Shown here one piece after another: positions 1-10,527 of a stretch of 32,000 nucleotides of DNA; position 1 is the stretch's first letter; the number at the start of each line of letters is the position of its first letter. Both the position numbers and the translations under genes were made by a program. This DNA is from Paramicrosporidium saccamoebae KSL3 (taxonomy: Eukaryota > Fungi > Cryptomycota), in contig MTSL01000117.1 of the NCBI GenBank assembly GCA_002794465.1, positions 32,168-64,167 of the forward strand. The letters run 5' to 3'. The notes under the pieces are model-generated. The model had not been told where the DNA came from. It made no database searches and saw only the letters and a list, made by a program, of their open reading frames with translations.

Positions 1-456
1 TCTTCTGTTCGTTTTGTAGGCTGCGGGGACCTGTTTGGAGAAATTGAATGGGTCGTCCTCTCTGCACTGTTTGGCTGTCTTGATGTTACGGGCTGGTGCA
101 CTGCTGTGTTCTTAACCTGCTCTGTCTTCCGTTCCCTTGACTGAGGGGCCAGAGACCTGGCTGACGCACCTTCAGTGGTAGCGGCGTGTTTAAACGGACA
201 GTTGGGCTTTAAGCATCCGCCGTTTGCCTCCCAGTAACATGCGATATCTTTTCGACTTTTGATTTCAAAGACTGAATGACGCATGGGACACTCGCGGTCC
301 TGACAACCAGCCTGACCCGCCCATTTGGGACATATGGCAACACTGGTCTTGGCTGCTTCGCAGTGACGGAAAGGACATTGAGGGCCCTATTGATGAGCAT
401 GGAAAAATAGGGACCTTGGCGCAACTAGCTGTCATAAAGAAGTAGCAGTCTTCCAT
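1..456 (-). CDS. ZC3H11A: Triple CCCH zinc-finger protein, ZC3H11A-like (3' end runs off window)
   Basis: Exon 456-415, 28-nt GT-AG intron 414-387, then open to base 1. Spliced: MEDCYFFMTASCAKGPQCPFRHCEAAKTSVAICPKW...CPMRH...IACYWEANGGCLKPNCPFKH, matching the ZC3H11A N-terminal pattern DCYFF..CxKGxxCPFRHCEAA..CYWE..GCxKxNCxFxH. Confidence 0.8.
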
Positions 457-683
457 AGTGAGACTTTAACCCACCCATGTGACTCTTAATGCACTTAGAT
501 ACGACTAGACCTTATGAACATGTAGTCCTCAATCTCTCACCTCTAACGCCTGACGTCTAGGCTAAAATCTTTAGATAAGAATCTCCAGCATTCGGTATCT
601 CGATTATAGTCGCACGTAGAATTACATCCTATCAGGTATCAGAGATTACTGTCACAAGCCACGGGTCGGGGTTCGGTGATAAA

Positions 684-1221
684 ATGGGCTGTGGTTGTCA
701 TTCTCCTTCAGAAGACGTATCTCCCTCGGCCTGCTTTGAATTCCCTAGGGTGGTTATCTCAATTGGGGTACTTCTGTCAAGTATGTATTTTTCCACTGGT
801 GGACCGCCAATTCTCCCCTAAGTAGCATCCAGCGGTGGCATTGAATCTATAGAATTCGCGACTGCCAATGTGGTGCTCTTTGTTTTGTCATTTTTGTTTG
901 AGGGGATGATGAACTTTCGTGCACGGCTCGACAGTCACATCGCCCATACGCAATCCTTCCCGACCGACACCAAACGGAGCATGTATCATTCATTCTCTTA
1001 CTAATTCTAGCGGCCCATTCACCGTATCACAGAATTTTGTGCGATCTGTCCTTCATGCATTCTCCTATTATGTAAGCCAGGTTCTCATGATGGTCTTTAT
1101 GGCATACAACGGCTATTTTTGCGCTAGCCTGGTTCTGGGCCGATTCGCTGGCTACTTTTTCTTTGCCGTCTTCATGCCAGAGAAGAGCGTGGGAGATCGC
1201 CCCAAGTCATGTTGTGGTTAG
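684..1221 (+). CDS. Ctr-family copper transporter (Ctr2-like)
   Basis: Exons 684-716, 749-821, 853-982, 1011-1221 (introns 32, 31, 28 nt; 447 nt in frame). YLNWGTSVKYVFFHWW before TM1; VRSVLH..LMMVFMAYNG carries the TM2 MxxxM motif; GRFAG is the TM3 GxxxG motif; C-terminal SCCG. Confidence 0.85.
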
Positions 1222-1292
1222 CCAATAGGATGGGGACCGTAATTAATACTTTATAAACCAGTGCTTTGCTTGGGTAGATAGCTAATTCTCAG

Positions 1293-1656
1293 ATGCCCGA
1301 AGTAACTGTAAATGTAATGGGCTACAGCATGCTATAATTGATAGGCTGCATTCAATGGTGCTGCCGAGCGTGCAAACAGCTTCACTAAGAAGCCAACTGA
1401 CAATGAGCTATTGGAACTCTACGGACTCTACAAGCAAGGAACAACTGGAGATGTTAACACTGGTATGTTCTGCATCTAGCTGCTGAATTATAGAGCGTCC
1501 CGGAATGTTTGACTTTAAGGGTCGTGCCAAATGGGATGCCTGGAGCAAGAACAAAGGTAAGCCATTCATGGCGAACTAACTTAAGGAATGAGTAACACGG
1601 AAGCACAAGAAAAGTATGTATCCCTCGTTGAGAAGCTCGCTACCAGTTATGCCTAA
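1293..1656 (+). CDS. ACB1: Acyl-CoA-binding protein
   Basis: Not in the ORF track. Exons 1293-1301, 1345-1462, 1494-1556, 1586-1656 (introns 43, 31, 29 nt) give 86 aa with [41 protein letters not shown], the ACBP signature. The first mini-exon is the least certain part. Confidence 0.92.
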
Positions 1657-1687
1657 CTTTTCAGGCTAAATAAAACTTGCCAATTGT

Positions 1688-2014
1688 ATGTGTCGGGGCA
1701 GCATGAAAAAGGCATTGGCGGGGACTGCTGGCAAATTCCTCAAAGTCAAGCTATTTCGTGGCTTCATCGGCCTCCCCAAGTCGGTGCAAGAGCATGCACA
1801 TTGCATCGGTTTGACAAAACGGTTTCAAACCGTCTACTTGCAGCCTGAGCCTCACATAGTCGGAAATTTGCTAAAGATTAAAGAACTGGTCAAAGTGGAG
1901 CTAGTCAATTCCGTGCCACCTCGGCGTATCGGACCGCTCTATCCAAAGGGCTACCACGTCACCAGTACCTATCTCCCCACTGGCAGCCTATACCGCTACC
2001 GCCCCATCTCATAA
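1688..2014 (+). CDS. MRPL33: Mitochondrial ribosomal protein uL30m (MRPL33-like)
   Basis: FLKVKLFRGFIGLP..IGLTKRFQTVY..IVGNLLKIKELVKVE matches the uL30 / yeast Mrpl33 pattern. Start may be at 1688 or the next ATG. Confidence 0.85.
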   Translation: MCRGSMKKALAGTAGKFLKVKLFRGFIGLPKSVQEHAHCIGLTKRFQTVYLQPEPHIVGNLLKIKELVKVELVNSVPPRRIGPLYPKGYHVTSTYLPTGSLYRYRPIS

Positions 2015-2044
2015 TAAAGTCGCTGCTAAATTTGGAATTAGCTC

Positions 2045-2284
2045 ATGCCCCGCACGTTCCGCCTAGAGCGGGACGACCCCTTTGGAAAAACGCAAATGAC
2101 AAACCAGGAGCTAGTACAAAACAACCAGAAATTGCAGGGACGCGTGCAGAAACTGACTGCAGCATACCAGCAGGTGGAGCAACAGAATGTGATACTGAGG
2201 GACCGATGCTTGAGATTGCAGAATCGGGTGGATGAACTTAAGGAGTATCTGGCTGCCATCAAGGTTATATTTCATCAGAACTAA
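2045..2284 (+). CDS. Short coiled-coil protein, possibly SCOC/Slo1 (DUF2205)-like
   Basis: 79 aa with an ATG start. L/V every seventh residue over 7 heptads (LVQNNQK-LQGRVQK-LTAAYQQ-VEQQNVI-LRDRCLR-LQNRVDE-L). No basic region, so not a bZIP. The family call is recalled resemblance only. Confidence 0.5.
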   Translation: MPRTFRLERDDPFGKTQMTNQELVQNNQKLQGRVQKLTAAYQQVEQQNVILRDRCLRLQNRVDELKEYLAAIKVIFHQN

Positions 2285-2623
2285 TGCATAGAATGACGTG
2301 GGGCAGCGTGTGCCACCGATTAGACTGATTGCCGGGCATTTATTTGAGGTGGCGACGTTTCTGGAGACACTGGATAAAAGTATTGATATGGGCACTGGTG
2401 CATCGATGAGTACAGGACAGAAGGGATGGACCTTTGCTGTGGAGAGATTATCAGAATCAAAAAGAACCAGTCTGGAAGTGATATCAGAGGTTGCTGAAGG
2501 TGTTTAACATGAGTACCATAACATTGTAGTTCCTGAAACTGATCTGTCCAAAGTTAAGAAATAATCTAGTAAATAGCAAAGACGCCGACGCATAAGTGTA
2601 TAATATATTGACCAGGCTTGAGA

Positions 2624-3194
2624 ATGTCTCACAAGTATCTTTCCTTCACGGCGGTCCGCTATGAGTCTGGTGATGTTTTCGGATTTCTCCTCGCCTGGTG
2701 CAGCCTGATCCCCCATGTCGTCATTGTCGCTCAGGTCACCGCATTCCTCCTTGCTGAAAGCCATCGTCGCCGGCTCCAGGCTGGCACACTATTAGCGGGA
2801 CAAGTTCTCAACGAAACTGTCAATAGTGCGCTAAAAAAGATTATTAGACAGCCGAGGCCGTTGGGTACGAACCGAGATGACTTTGGAATGCCATCTAGCC
2901 ATGCCCAGTTCATGGGATTTCTGTTGGTTGCCGCCATGATCATGCTCCCGAGGGTACACCCAAGTGTAGGGCAAAGACTGACAATATGGATCGTGCGGTT
3001 AGGCGTAATGGCATCTACACTTTTTGCCGCCTTTTCCAGGTATCCTTCTCGGCATCATTCAGAATCTTAGGATTTATCTTGGGTACCATGATGAGAAACA
3101 GGTCCTTGCGGGACTCTTTGTTGGATTGCTCATGGGAGCGGTTTGGAGACGCCTGTACAAATTAACTACGAGAGTTCCGATAAAGGTGGAATAG
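2624..3194 (+). CDS. CAX4: Dolichyl-pyrophosphate phosphatase (PAP2 family)
   Basis: Exons 2624-3039 and 3071-3194 (31-nt intron). All three PAP2 motifs present: KKIIRQPRP, MPSSHAQFMGF, and SRIYLGYHDEKQV, which forms only after splicing. Confidence 0.88.
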
Positions 3195-3388
3195 TATTGT
3201 GTGCCAGTAACTGTGACATGAGCCAAGAATAAAGCTGTGAATGGGTGTATCCATGGCCTATAACAAGACTAATGGGTCAAGGCCTCTTGGGTATTATTAC
3301 AAGCCTCGTAAACACCCTACACACCCACTCCAGACAAAGATCAAGTATCAAATTAAAGATCGGTTACTTACATGGCAATATTATAGAT

Positions 3389-4111
3389 TCAGGCCATGAT
3401 GTACTTGTTCAAGTTTTGAATGTATGCCTTCATATCCGCAGCAGCACGATCTTCGTACGTCTTTTTCTCCTGGGAACTTAACCTTGTCCATTCAGCCTGT
3501 ACATCGGGCATTAGATTAATCGCATCTTTCTTCCCCGACAACTTTGATGAAACAAACATGGCACGACCAGTAATAAAAGGAGAATCAGGCAATCCTTTGA
3601 TGAACTGCTTCACATCTTTGGGAATTTCCTTGCGCTCTACCTTGTTATTGTGATACTTTTGGTTATAGAACAGTGCCAGACGTGCAACTTTTTGGCGAGG
3701 AGTCAAGTTTTGTTGATAGGCGGCATAGTCTACTCGGCTCTGCTCGCCAAGCTTGGCTGCACGGTCAGTGAATTTCTACCGAAATCATGGACACGAAATA
3801 GGGCGTACCTGTTTATCCACAGGCGAGAGCGATTGCCACGAGTTGCCCACGCGTCTGGCAATATCAAACACTTTAAAATTGGGGACTATTCATCAGGCCA
3901 ACTGAATTCGATAGGCTTACATTGACGCTTGAGAGGCCCAAACTGCTCCTGAAAGTACAGCGAGTAGCCATTGCAGCCTCTCTTGGGTCGGTCAAGGTTT
4001 TCCCTGATAGCTCTGATAGCTATTCTATTAAAAATACGCCATAAATGTAATACCGGCCCTAGAAAGAAGGCTAAGCTGCCGTGATGGCACATGGAACACT
4101 GAAGAGAACAT
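3389..4111 (-). CDS. TFAM: Tandem HMG-box mitochondrial nucleoid protein (TFAM/Abf2-like)
   Basis: Exons 4111-4054, 4019-3921, 3885-3809, 3775-3389 (introns 34, 35, 33 nt; 621 nt). Presequence-like MFSSVFHVPSRQLSLLSRAAIRAIR. Box A is PKRGCNGYSLYFQEQ..RRVGNSWQSLSPVDKQKF, followed by the linker LTPRQ. Box B is P..PFITGRAMFV..EWTRLSSQEKKTYEDRA. Confidence 0.75.
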
Positions 4112-4387
4112 TGTCCCAATAGAAAATCTGCCCAGCATCAGAGTTCCGTATTAATTTACGTCAAAAAGATTAAGTTTTCCCGCGAACAGGATCTACCAAT
4201 AGAAAGGCTGCCCTTTTCCGTGGCTCAGCCGGGCTGGATTCTTCAGTGGCAACATTGGCAGGACCAGATGGCGGCCCTTGAGGGGGATTTGCAACTTTCT
4301 GAATCGGCGATTTCTTGGGACTATTCGGGTGACATTATGTCCCCCGACATTCTAACGACAGAATTATTACGCAACGTCCCGTCCCTA

Positions 4388-4921
4388 ATGGCTTCCAGTC
4401 TGCAATACGAGACGGTGACGCACAAGAATATTGGGCACTTGAAAAGCTTGAACAGCGTCCTATTTCCAATGACTTATCAAGACAAGTACTATAAGGAAGT
4501 TTTGGCGCAAGACTCGCTCGTCAGACTTTGTACCCCATAGCTACCAAAGCTCATGTTTAGTGTACTGGCAGAAGCGACTGGTGGCAACGTTTTCGTGCAG
4601 ATTGCAGGTATTTTATGTGAACCAGACGCCCTCCATGGAGTGCTACATAATGACTTTTGGGGTTCTTGCGCCATACCGAAGGCTGAAGCTGGGTAGCACT
4701 CATTATCTGGCATAACTTTAGGATCCTTGATGCTCCAGTCAATAATTGCATTCTACCAAAGACGGGCCGAGGTTACTCGGCTTGTGCTCCATGTCCACAC
4801 TGTGAATGAGACGGCCATCAACTTTTACACTCGATTTGGCTTTGTGATTGCCGAGACTCTTCCCAATTACTACAGAAGGCTCGTTCCCACCTCTGCTCAC
4901 CGGCTATGCTTAACACTATAA
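4388..4921 (+). CDS. NAA50: N-alpha-acetyltransferase 50 (NatE catalytic subunit, GNAT)
   Basis: Exons 4388-4529, 4561-4692, 4722-4921 (introns 31, 29 nt; 157 aa). VTHKNIGHLKSLNSVLFPMTYQDKYY, YIMTFGVLAPYRRL, LHVHTVNETAINFYTRFGF and NYYRRL match NAA50. Confidence 0.88.
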
Positions 4922-4967
4922 ATGTACAGTTTGTCTAATAGGAAATCTTTTTATAAGGACATCAAGG

Positions 4968-5739
4968 CTAGCTCTCTGACGAAAAGTAACCCATGAAGAC
5001 CTGCTCCGGACGGCGTTTATAAGAATCTATATACGGTCGCATATCATACAGAGGCGGTGCTGCGTGTACCTCGTCCTCATGCTTGGAGGTGCTAATCCAA
5101 GGAACTTGATTGTCCGCAGGAACTATTTGATAAGGCAGCAGGTTCTTTGGTTGGAAGAGCATGGCCATCCATTTCTGAAATGCAAGCTGGTCAACGCACA
5201 ACTGGTGCTGGATTGTGTTCAAAAAAAAGATTTCCCCTCGATTTATCTCAACTGTGGAGATGCCCGCGTAGGCGGACCACATTTGATTGGAGGAGTGGCG
5301 ATCGTGCAAGAACTTGTTGGACAGCACCAAAGAGGAAACAAAGACTACGACGAGTGTGTTGCTGGAGACTGGAGAAATCATGGTGCAGGGCGGACGACGC
5401 GAGAACATGTGCCGGAAACGCAACAGGTAGAGCAGGGCAGTGAGGAGGACAGAGTAGGACACCTTGGAGTGGCGGAAGACGGAGGAAACGTAATTGACCA
5501 GATTGCACTCGCTCCATGGAACCGCAACCATCCCCGACTTTGCCAAATCTTGCTGAATGTTCTTTAGCATGGAAACGGTGACATCTACGTGTCAATAACC
5601 ATCCACTGGTCTTACCGATTAAATAGCGCGCATAGTCGGGTGGGTAAACTAGTGCATTTTCGTGCGCTGCCTTGGAGTCCCGCAGTCCGCGGATCATGAC
5701 TGCAGAGCGGCCAAACGATCCACCTTCCGAAATTGTCAT
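4968..5739 (-). CDS. Pho85-type cyclin (Pcl/Pho80/Clg1 family)
   Basis: Exons 5739-5616 and 5584-4968 (31-nt intron). Cyclin box VLLTALLYLLR..VFVSSLVLSNKFLHDRHSSNQMWSAYAG..EINRGEIFFL matches the LAxKxLxDxxxxNxxW..ELNxME pattern. Confidence 0.8.
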
Positions 5740-6152
5740 GTTTGTCAAGTCAACCCTCCAAAGATGGTCTGTTGTTGTAGAGTCTCAAAGAATCTCCTTT
5801 CCCGCCCCAAACAACAGACCGACGGTATGGGTCGGAGGAGTCAAAGCGTTGTTATGCTTGCAAGCAACTCTATGCCCAAATATGGTCAAGGAGGGGGAGT
5901 CGGGATGCGGAAGACTGCCCCTGACGGCTGATAACTTGGCTTGATTAGGAATCTGTCTTTAATAGACTCCAAGCTTGGAGGCCAGCCAATAAAAGTTGTT
6001 ATTGTGCCCAGACGGCACTTTGCATGGGTGGATGTGATTGGTCGAATTTGGACAAACAACTCATTGAATATTTGAAGGCAGATTGGGCATTTATCGGCTA
6101 TTGATCTCCTGATGTAATGAATAAAAGTATCTTCGGGTAGAGAGATGAGGCC

Positions 6153-6617
6153 ATGGACATTGAGCTACTGCTAGCTCATCCCAAACAAAACGGGAGCGGG
6201 AGCGGGAGGAAAAGCCGACACCAGCCGATGGTCATCCACCACTTCCAGGTCTTAAAGACGGTGGGAAGGTATGGATCTGGCGCCCATCCAAAACTTGACC
6301 TGCTTGCCGACTTGGTTTCCAAAAAACCGCCTAGTGAATCCTCGGACGACTCGGCGGAGACTATTAGTATTGCAAGTTGCCAGACCCATGACGAATCTGA
6401 CAATGAAGACGGCAAGGTGAAACCCAAGAGAAAACGTGCCAATGCTCGCCAGCTTTCAATTTTGAAGCAAACCTTTCAGCAAACACCATTTCCGACATCG
6501 GAAATACGCAAGAAACTTGCCAAGGAGCTTGGAATGACCGCCCGATCCGTCCAGATATGGTTTCAGAACCAGCGCCAAATGGCACGAAACCTACTCCCTC
6601 ATGCGGAAGATAGTTAG
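6153..6617 (+). CDS. Homeodomain transcription factor (Yox1/Yhp1-like, Q50)
   Basis: KPKRKRANARQLSILKQTF..PFPTSEIRKKLAKELGMTARSVQIWFQNQRQ is a complete homeodomain. Yox1 similarity is from recall. Confidence 0.88.
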   Translation: MDIELLLAHPKQNGSGSGRKSRHQPMVIHHFQVLKTVGRYGSGAHPKLDLLADLVSKKPPSESSDDSAETISIASCQTHDESDNEDGKVKPKRKRANARQLSILKQTFQQTPFPTSEIRKKLAKELGMTARSVQIWFQNQRQMARNLLPHAEDS

Positions 6618-6680
6618 CCGTCATACCACTCTTGCGCCTTGCCATTAATACAAAATCGATTAAATCATATCCGTGGCGTC

Positions 6681-7054
6681 ATGCTTCGTTCAGGTGCTCT
6701 TGACGGCGAATCCACCATCCTCCACGCTCCACCCAAGGAGCGCGCAGAGCGCGAAAAGGACATTGCCGAATATGCCCAACAGATAATGTATTCTCGTCGC
6801 TACTACGATGAAGAATTTGAATATCGGTAGGCCGGTGATGGGATTTCATGGTTAGGCATGTAATTCTACCAAAGCAGCTGGCAAAATATGTGCCAACAGA
6901 TGTGCTGCTAAGCGAAGCCGAATGGCGGGCGATCGGGGTGCAGCAATCGCCGGGATGGGTGCACTACATGGTGCACAAGCCAGAACCCCATATATTGTTG
7001 TTTAGACGGGAGAAAGACTACCAAGTCAAGTATCCCAACGGGACGGCTGAATGA
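6681..7054 (+). CDS. CKS1: Cyclin-dependent kinase regulatory subunit Cks1/Suc1
   Basis: Exons 6681-6826 and 6856-7054 (29-nt intron). [54 protein letters not shown]. Confidence 0.95.
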
Positions 7055-7270
7055 AGAGTAATAGTACATTTATATAAAGCCATATCTATGAGAGGACATT
7101 TGGGTAAAGTAAGAGGATGAATGGTGCGAAGGATTCGGCTAAAGGTCGGATTGATCTGACTAACCGTGTTGGCGAGCCTATAAAAGAGTCCAGGAATTCG
7201 AGGTAATTCTTCTACTACGCGACATATAGGCTAGGAATACAAAGCCTTTACTACAAATCTCACCATACTT

Positions 7271-7453
7271 TCATTCGAGCTCCATGTTGTCATCTTCCTC
7301 GTGCGTAGCGCTGCCAGTATCTGTGATAGATGCCACACATGACGAGGTTTTTTTCTTCTCATCCCTCTGTTTCACAAACTCAATGACGGCTTTCCGAATA
7401 TTCTCCTCTTCCTCTGGCGTGAATTCAATTAGGCTCAGTGGCCGTCGGATCAT
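7271..7453 (-). CDS. CDC26: Probable APC/C subunit Cdc26 (small acidic protein)
   Basis: 60 aa starting MIRRPLSLIEFTPEEEENIRK. Cdc26 proteins begin M[IL]RRxPTx[LI]xLxxxD/E followed by a charged helix and a disordered tail. Confidence 0.55.
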   Translation of the reverse strand: MIRRPLSLIEFTPEEEENIRKAVIEFVKQRDEKKKTSSCVASITDTGSATHEEDDNMELE

Positions 7454-7639
7454 TTACTATTTATTGTTAAAAAATCCCCCCATACCCCATGGCACGGCCT
7501 TTTGGTAGATAAAATACCCTATCCCGGATATATCCCGGATATGCGGACTAGAGATAAAGGGTTCACTGTGGAGGGACACGTCTATGAATCAAACCCCCCA
7601 ATAAAAAGACTTTTGCAAATCTCATAATTTGTCTTTTCC

Positions 7640-9289
7640 ATGCATGCAGCTGCAGGGCTCGGTTCAAAGCAAAATGCGGTATTGCTGTTATACAAAGACC
7701 AACACTGTAGCTTATTGAGGGACTTTATAAAGTTTTCATGGCAATTCCACAGGAGCTGTCTGAGGATGACGCTATAAATGTTGCCATCCAATACCGCTCG
7801 CTCCTATTAACCTGTTTATCAAATGAGACGGCTGGTAGCGCAGAGTGGCAATTCCTCCAAGCTTTTGAAACGGCATGGAGTCTATTGTTATTATGTATAT
7901 TCCGCACAGCAGACGATCCGGTAGAATTTGTGGACGGCTATCTCCGATGGGTCCAATTCCACTTTGCAGGTAACTGAAGGTTAATGCTGTGTCAGGCTTG
8001 TAGATGAGAGTAACTGGGTAAAGTATTTTTCTGATGCCGACTTGTCGCAGGACATTCCGCCAGAGTTTTGGCTATCCCTAATCCGTTTGGTGGCTAGTCG
8101 ACATTATGAACAGGCGTGCATTCTGCTACGGCGGTTGCTACTGGATTGTCCCAACGCAGAACAACGGGAACAAGTTGCGTTGATTCTTAACAGGCTACTC
8201 GAAGCCCCTTCTCCTGCAATGATTTTGGAAGATCCAGACTCATTTCAGGACTTTGTTCACGACAATCGAGAAATTCTGTCAGATTTTGATTGGCATGAAG
8301 ATCTTGAACACATCGCAGGCCTGTTGCAGGGAAATGTGACTGGAGGCCAGTATGAAAAAGAGACTAGGCTGGGTGCAGAATTGCTGTATCATGGGATTCC
8401 GCTTACCTACGAGGAGATCTCTGCAAGGTCGGCTCAAGTGCTGGGGGAGGGAACTTGCTCTCTGGATCGCATCATGTCTAGTCTACTTTGCTTTGATATT
8501 TCTCTCTTCCAGGATGCTTTGATGAATGAGATTAGGAATGATCCTTGGGTGCAGTGTTTTGCATTTCATGTTGTAGATCTTCTCTACAGATGTGGGCTAG
8601 TGCAAAGCGACGTCCGTGACACCATACTGACAAGCTATGCGACTGAGCTCGTCAGATTAGGCCACAGTACAATAACCCTTTCATACGCTGCAATGTGCCA
8701 AGAAATCCCTGCGGATATTGTCTGCAATTCTGTAGCTCAGATGGACCTGCAGACCCTCCCGGCAGTGCAAGAGTCATTCAGGAATCACCCTCTTGTTGTG
8801 AAAGAATGCCAAAGTCGATTACGTGCGGAAGCAAGGCGTATCTTTCAAACGGGAGACTACACAAAAGCCTTTCAAATTGCATGTAACGCTTCTGATGAGT
8901 CTCTCAAGTACAAGATTATGTACACTGTTTTGGAGACATATGCCGCCAGCAAGCATGTGAACATTTTGGGACGACTGTCAGTTCTTGAAACTGATTGGAA
9001 CGAATTACGTAGTGCTTTGGAAGGTCTGCATCACGTATCAAAGACACCCTCTGTCAACCCCGAGGGCGTTTCAAAAGCTCTGATGATTGCATTTCGTCCC
9101 CAGATTCCACTTCCGCCAAGTCTGATTCACCGTTTATTAGACATTTGGTGTCGTCTCCCCGACAACTTTGGTCATGAACTGCTGATGACAGTGGCCGAAT
9201 ATGTTTCTAGACAAATGGATCTTCCACCCGATTTAGAGAGGGAGGTGCGTGTAAAAATTATGAAATTTTCAGCAATAGCAGCATTATAA
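7640..9289 (+). CDS. NUP85: Nucleoporin Nup85
   Basis: Exons 7640-7678 (tentative), 7711-7969, 8004-9289 (introns 32, 34 nt). QYRSLLLTCL..AFETAWSL..YLRWVQFH, PEFWLSLIRLV and FAFHVVDLL..RDTILTSYA parallel Nup85 motifs (YRSxxxAC, xELIWxL, LLDWVRLH, WFVAHLTDLL, LLxYA). 5' end uncertain. Confidence 0.72.
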
Positions 9290-9319
9290 TATATTCTGCA
9301 AGTGCATGTGATTCCAGGG

Positions 9320-10123
9320 ATGCCACTAGTTATTGTCACAGGGCTCCCATGTAGTGGTAAAACTACCCGCGCAAAACAGCTCGCAGAATATCTTGCCACA
9401 AGGATACAAGACAAGACGGTCGAGGTGCTCAGCGAGGAGGACTTGGGGGCACACCGGGCCACCGAATACGCCTCTGCAACGGCTGAGAAGAAGGCTCGCG
9501 GTTCCTTCATCTCCACCATTGAGCGCCGCGTCACCCGCACCAATATTGTAATTGCCGATGGCCTTAACTATATCAAAGGCTACCGGTACCAACTGTACTG
9601 CATCGCCCGTGCTGCATCCACTCCCCACTGTGTCCTACACTGTGTGGCAAGGGAGGAGACGTGCCGAGCAAGGAACACGGTATACCCGGCAGAGATCTTT
9701 GAAGAGCTTCTGCTAAGATATGAGGAGCCGAGCAACCAAGCAAGATGGGACAGTCCGCTGTTTACGGTGGATGAAGAAGATCAAACTGATTGGGATAATC
9801 TAGCGGCTGTGCTTGCAGGAACAGTGGCAAGGCCGCCGAGCATGTCTACTGCAGTAAAGACTGAGAATAGCGGAGCGTTCCTAGTTTCGCTGGATAGGAT
9901 TACGCAGGAAGTGGTGGAGCAGATTATGGCCCGAATTAGACAGGTTGGTGTCCCAACCAGCATAAGGTTTGGAGAGGATTCAATCGCAATCCAAAAGAAT
10001 TACATGAGCGGTGATTTACAGCGACTTCGACGACAGTTTATCCACATGAACCGGCTGCACCAAGCAGGAACTGACAACATCCAATCGCTTTTTGTTAATT
10101 ACCTTTGTCACAACCTGAAATAG
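9320..10123 (+). CDS. KTI12: Elongator-associated P-loop protein Kti12
   Basis: MPLVIVTGLPCSGKTTRA, IADGLNYIKGYRYQLYCIAR and RYEEPSNQARWDSPLF. Intronless; ATG at 9320. Confidence 0.93.
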   Translation: MPLVIVTGLPCSGKTTRAKQLAEYLATRIQDKTVEVLSEEDLGAHRATEYASATAEKKARGSFISTIERRVTRTNIVIADGLNYIKGYRYQLYCIARAASTPHCVLHCVAREETCRARNTVYPAEIFEELLLRYEEPSNQARWDSPLFTVDEEDQTDWDNLAAVLAGTVARPPSMSTAVKTENSGAFLVSLDRITQEVVEQIMARIRQVGVPTSIRFGEDSIAIQKNYMSGDLQRLRRQFIHMNRLHQAGTDNIQSLFVNYLCHNLK

Positions 10124-10238
10124 AAATTTTGTGATTGACAGACTTATGAGAGTATAGATAATATCGACATGATACTGAGAGAGCATACAATATGACGACC
10201 CTTTGACTGTTATTGCTGAGAGAGAGTATAAGATACTT

Positions 10239-10400
10239 GGGATCCAAATTTCGCAATACCATATCTAGGGAGCCAAATCTCGAAATACCATATCTAGGGA
10301 TCCAAATCTCGCAATATTATAGTTAGGGATCCAAATTTCTCAATATTATAGTGAGGGATCCAAATCTCCCAGTACTGGATTTAGGGATCAAAACTCTGAG
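10239..10400. repeat. 29-bp minisatellite, about 5.5 copies
   Basis: Units start at 10239, 10268, 10297, 10326, 10355 and 10384; consensus about GGGATCCAAATCTCGCAATAYYATAKYTA. Confidence 0.92.
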
Positions 10401-10527
10401 ATCCTTATCACAAGCCTCAAATAGGATATAATTTGCCAATTCGGGCGCCCAGTGATTTGGTTGGGTGCGGAGATCGATTTTGCGCCGTCAACTTTAAAAG
10501 TCCCTTTTGAGCCGTGCGCCGGGCCAA

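Noticed and set aside
783-821. Apparent in-frame TAA in the Ctr gene, suggesting a pseudogene or TAA/TAG reassignment
   Set aside because: Introns 717-748 and 822-852 give an intact frame with better family motifs. Well-conserved genes (RPA135, MCM3, UBC4) end at TAA/TAG, so the code is standard.
2340-2593. Possible small spliced Cys-containing gene on the minus strand (..QELQCYGTHVKHLQQ..DCKGPSLLSCTHRC..)
   Set aside because: Needs weak donors (GTTCTT, GTCTTT) and a 40-nt intron; no recognisable motif.
4220-4387. N-terminal extension of NAA50 in the ORF track
   Set aside because: It starts at GTG, and NAA50 similarity begins at the ATG at 4388.
3389-6617. HMG-box plus homeodomain genes as a mating-type locus
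   Set aside because: The HMG protein has two boxes and a presequence like TFAM, not a single SexM/SexP-type box. There is no HD1/HD2 pair or pheromone gene.
7060-7260. Spacer with an 8-bp inverted repeat (AGCCTATA/TATAGGCT) and GCCTTTAC resembling U5 loop 1
   Set aside because: The U5 loop needs GCCUUUUAC closed by a stem, which is absent; the short repeat is compatible with chance.
10239-10400. 29-bp array as a CRISPR-like repeat-spacer locus
   Set aside because: The variable halves are related to each other rather than unique spacers, the period is too short, there are no cas genes and the context is eukaryotic.
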